Origin: Candidatus Sumerlaeales bacterium | Lineage (GTDB): Bacteria; Sumerlaeota; Sumerlaeia; Sumerlaeales; Sumerlaeaceae | Direction: 5' to 3' | Assembly: GCA_038243585.1 (NCBI GenBank) | Contig: JBBSQY010000040.1 | Coordinates: 1-31,640, forward strand | Length of the DNA: 31,640 nt | In this document: piece after piece, positions 28,669-31,640 of the stretch | How the letters are laid out: each line of letters begins with the position of its first letter | How positions within the stretch are numbered: the stretch's first letter is position 1 | Notes under the pieces: model-generated | Databases searched by the model: none | What the model was told of the DNA's origin: nothing | The model's input: only the letters and a program-made list of their open reading frames with translations | Translations under genes and position numbers: made by a program

Positions 28669-29514
28669 ATGCCCACCACCCCAACCGCCGACCGCATTCA
28701 ATGCGTGGCCTGCCGCGCCCGCCTCACCCAGAGGGATTCCCTTCCCGCCGCCCCAACAGCCGCTGCCCGCTATGTCCAATGCCGCCGCTGTGGTTCCATG
28801 CAGCTCCATCCGCTGCCTGCCCGCGAGACCAACCAGGCGTTTGAAACGGAAGAAACCGCCTTGCGCATGGCTGCGATAGACGACCGACGCCTCACCTACC
28901 TGCGCCGCCGCCTGGCGCTGCTTTGCCCGCCCTCGTCGCCGCCGCAACCGCCGGCCACCCGGCCCCGCCTCCTCGATGTCGGTTGCTCTACCGGGCGGCT
29001 CATGGGCCTGGCCAGCCACTCCGGCTGGGATCCCACAGGCATTGAAATGTCGGAACCATTGGCGGCCGAGGCCCGCCGCCATCAACCGGGATCCACCATT
29101 AAAGTCGGCGACATAATGCAAATAGACGTCACCGCTCTGCCTCCCTTTGACGCTGTAGTCGCCCTTGACGTCATCGAACATGTTCTTGATCCAGACGAAT
29201 TTCTGAGGCGGCTGCATGGCCTGCTCCGTCCAGGGGGACAACTTCTTTTGCAAACCCCCAACGTCCGTTCTCTGCGCGCGCGCCTTCACGGCCCCCGCTG
29301 GAACATGCTCATCCCGGAATACCACTTTCACCTGTATTCCCCCAAAGGCCTTACCCTGGCCCTGGAGCGGGCTGGCTTCAGCAACATTAGAACCTCCACC
29401 GCCAGCGGATCAGGCACAGAAACCGGCGCAGCCGCAGCAGCCGCCAGGGCAAAGGAACTCCTGCTGAACCAATGCGCCCTGGGCAACGCGCTAGTAGCCA
29501 TCACCCTAAGGTAG
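28669..29514 (+). CDS. Class I SAM-dependent methyltransferase with N-terminal CxxC...CxxC (glycan-modifying type)
   Basis: CVAC/CRRC; LLDVGCSTG motif I; FDAVVALDVIEHV; LLRPGGQLLLQTPN; PEYHFHLYS. Confidence 0.9.
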   Translation: MPTTPTADRIQCVACRARLTQRDSLPAAPTAAARYVQCRRCGSMQLHPLPARETNQAFETEETALRMAAIDDRRLTYLRRRLALLCPPSSPPQPPATRPRLLDVGCSTGRLMGLASHSGWDPTGIEMSEPLAAEARRHQPGSTIKVGDIMQIDVTALPPFDAVVALDVIEHVLDPDEFLRRLHGLLRPGGQLLLQTPNVRSLRARLHGPRWNMLIPEYHFHLYSPKGLTLALERAGFSNIRTSTASGSGTETGAAAAAARAKELLLNQCALGNALVAITLR

Positions 29515-29535
29515 GGATGGCTCGCCGAGCCGTCC
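29511..29535 (+). repeat. GTAG-type REP element overlapping the methyltransferase stop codon
   Basis: GTAGGGATGGCTCGCCGAGCCGTCC; its TAG (29512-29514) is the stop. Confidence 0.85.
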
Positions 29536-29773
29536 GAAACGCAAACGCAAACCGTTCCCCCGCTTTTCTTGCTTTTGCATTTCCTTCGTGCTTTCGAGTC
29601 TTCGTGTCAAATTTGCCCCGGCACCCACAATTCAACCCACACCAAAATATTTCTTTTCGCCCGCACGCATTTTAGGCTTGCCCGTGCAGCCTTTGCCGGG
29701 TTGGCCTTACGGTGATTTCCTGCCCGGAAATGATGACGAAAGCCCATCACTTAAAAATGTGTGGTCTCGCTTG

Positions 29774-29803
29774 TTGACACTTTTTCATGTGAGGTCATAT
29801 AGT
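29774..29803 (+). promoter_or_regulatory. Sigma70 promoter of the pilin cluster
   Basis: TTGACA-N18-TATAGT ending 18 nt before ATG 29822. Confidence 0.65.
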
Positions 29804-29821
29804 TAGCGGGAATAGACGACC

Positions 29822-30676
29822 ATGACAAAAACTATGAAAAATAAAATGACCCCGACAAAACGCACAGGCGGCTTCACCCTTATCGAGATGCTCGTGGTGG
29901 CAGCTCTCATCGCCATCTTCGCCGGTCTCGCTGTTTTCAACGTCGTTGAACAGCTCAACCGCGAAAAAGAAAAAGCAGCCCTCGCCGAAGCCCGGAGCAT
30001 AGCGACGGCAATGTCTTTCGCTTATGATGACATGGGCTTCTTTCCGAAAATTTGTTTTCTCCGCTTCGGCGTTGACGAGTTTCTTCGGGTCATCGGCACC
30101 ACAGCCCCGGAAGCCAAAAATCTTTCGGCGGACGCTATTGACTGGTTCGGCGTTGCCACTCCCGCTTCGAACATGGGAACAAAGATTACCAATAACTGGG
30201 GCGAGAAGTATATGTCCGGGTCAATGCCCGACAAGTACGTGGAAATGCGGTTCCCAACCTCGGGCGGCGCAGAGTCGTTTGACTGGCCCGCCGATCCATT
30301 TAGACAGCCTTACATGGCTTACCTCATTAAGGCTGAGCCTCCTGCGAACTCCGCTCCTGGCACGCCTGCGGTAATTGACTGGGCCAACGATAGCCTGGGC
30401 GATAAGCCTAACTATTTCGCCGGCATCGTAAGCTACGGACGGAACAAGGTGCCCGGCCTGAGATGGGATGCGACCCCAGCAGATATAAATAATTCGGGTC
30501 GCGCTGCCGGTCGTCTTTACACGGAAGCGGTTGATGGTACTACCGGCAAACCGTATTTCACTACGGGACCAGCCCTGTACAATCAGGCACGCCTGGATTT
30601 ATTTGTAACGCCTAACGGTGGAACGGACTATAATATGCGTGAAGCCGGATCCGATGATAAGTATTTTGAGTTTTGA
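29822..30676 (+). CDS. Type IV pilin / T2SS pseudopilin-like protein
   Basis: Prepilin cleavage/methylation site G|FTLIEMLVV; GspG-like DPFRQPY and SYGRN...DD motifs. Confidence 0.9.
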   Translation: MTKTMKNKMTPTKRTGGFTLIEMLVVAALIAIFAGLAVFNVVEQLNREKEKAALAEARSIATAMSFAYDDMGFFPKICFLRFGVDEFLRVIGTTAPEAKNLSADAIDWFGVATPASNMGTKITNNWGEKYMSGSMPDKYVEMRFPTSGGAESFDWPADPFRQPYMAYLIKAEPPANSAPGTPAVIDWANDSLGDKPNYFAGIVSYGRNKVPGLRWDATPADINNSGRAAGRLYTEAVDGTTGKPYFTTGPALYNQARLDLFVTPNGGTDYNMREAGSDDKYFEF

Positions 30677-30695
30677 CAGCCCAAGGAACGGAATT

Positions 30696-31532
30696 ATGAT
30701 GATGCTTGAGAAAGTGAAAATGAAAAAGGGAACTCTCAAGACAGCTGCGCCTCGCGGCGACGCGGGTTTTACCGCAGTGGAAATTGCCATGGTGGCGGCG
30801 GTCATTGCCATTCTGTCGCTGATTGTGCTCCCTATCTTCCGCAACCGCGTGGAAGACGCTAAAGTCGCCGCCGCGCAGGCCGACCTCCGAGCGCTGATGC
30901 TGGCGCAACAGGTGGTTCAGGCCGATACAGACGTCTTTGCCCGCCTGGAGGATCTGGATAATGTGCAGCTATTTGGCTACTTAACAAACCCCGCCGGAGG
31001 TGTTGACAAGGAAGTCCCCTTCTTTAAGTATATCAAGCCGACCCCGGGCGTTACACCGCCTGAAACCCGCCGTGTGATGCTGGACAATGCCGAACGCGTG
31101 CGTTTTGCGGGTACGGAACAAAATCCCATCTGGCGCGGTCCGTATATCGCCTTCCAACGTTCCATTACTTATGAGAACCTCTTGGCAAATGGCCTTGCTG
31201 ACGTTTTGCTGGCCAGCATAAACGTTAGCTATCGGGCGGCCATACAGGATGTTTCAGACAATGGATTTAACGACCATGTTGACAACCGCTATCCCGTTGA
31301 TCCCTGGGGAAACCCTTATATGTTCTTCGCCCCCACGGGCAACAGTGCCGATCCGGCGGTAACGGACGAGTTTCCTACTTCGGCAATCTACTGCCTTGGC
31401 CCAAACGGCCTGGCAGGAGACGGGTCTAGGCCGGTGGATGCAAACGCATATACCCGTGAGGGAGCCGCTGCAAGTGCTCCTACTGACTTTGGCGTCATTG
31501 GTAAAGATGACGACTTGATGGTGGAATTCTGA
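30696..31532 (+). CDS. GspG-like pseudopilin
   Basis: G|FTAVEIAMV; AKVAAAQADL; WRGPY; DPWGNPY; CLGPNG...DDD. Likely start ATG 30696 after AAGGA. Confidence 0.9.
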   Translation: MMMLEKVKMKKGTLKTAAPRGDAGFTAVEIAMVAAVIAILSLIVLPIFRNRVEDAKVAAAQADLRALMLAQQVVQADTDVFARLEDLDNVQLFGYLTNPAGGVDKEVPFFKYIKPTPGVTPPETRRVMLDNAERVRFAGTEQNPIWRGPYIAFQRSITYENLLANGLADVLLASINVSYRAAIQDVSDNGFNDHVDNRYPVDPWGNPYMFFAPTGNSADPAVTDEFPTSAIYCLGPNGLAGDGSRPVDANAYTREGAAASAPTDFGVIGKDDDLMVEF

Positions 31533-31546
31533 TGAGAGCAGGAACC

Positions 31547-31640
31547 ATGAAATATACAGCCAACCGCCGCGAAAGCGGCTTCACGATGGTGGAACTTCTT
31601 ATCGCGATCATTATCATCGGTATCCTGGTGACGATTATCG
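31547..31640 (+). CDS. Third prepilin-type protein (partial; not in the ORF track)
   Basis: MKYTANRRESG|FTMVELLIAIIIIGILVTII..., running off the window end. Confidence 0.9.
   Translation, partial: MKYTANRRESGFTMVELLIAIIIIGILVTII

Overview
Bacterial chromosomal window, mostly coding. The secreted proteins ending in [VI]x[DN]WxxY suggest Candidatus Sumerlaeota (BRC1); this is inference, not verified. Left to right: the 3' end of an IS4-family element followed by decayed, duplicated REP-like DNA; a GH29 fucosidase-like gene with altered active-site motifs; a secreted metallophosphoesterase with beta-propeller-like repeats; a secreted unknown protein and a Tat-exported flavin amine oxidase; a Wzx-like flippase; a mutarotase-fold hypothetical; a 1173-aa lid-less Hsp70-TPR-Ser/Thr kinase fusion; an AT-richer, translationally coupled three-gene module whose last gene (only partly called in the ORF track) looks like an R-S-H ART/RES-like toxin; uvrB; an ECF sigma/anti-sigma/exported-protein operon; vapBC; pyrG; a secreted EEP-lamin-tail nuclease/phosphatase; an EamA fragment between two outward-facing IS-like ends; a large degenerate parvulin; rpmE; a SAM methyltransferase; and the start of a tandem pilin/pseudopilin array. 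The best candidates for undescribed biology are the Hsp70-TPR-kinase fusion, the adjacent three-gene module, and the shared C-terminal DWxxY putative sorting signal. No CRISPR array, rRNA or tRNA was found. All calls come from motif reading, not database searches.
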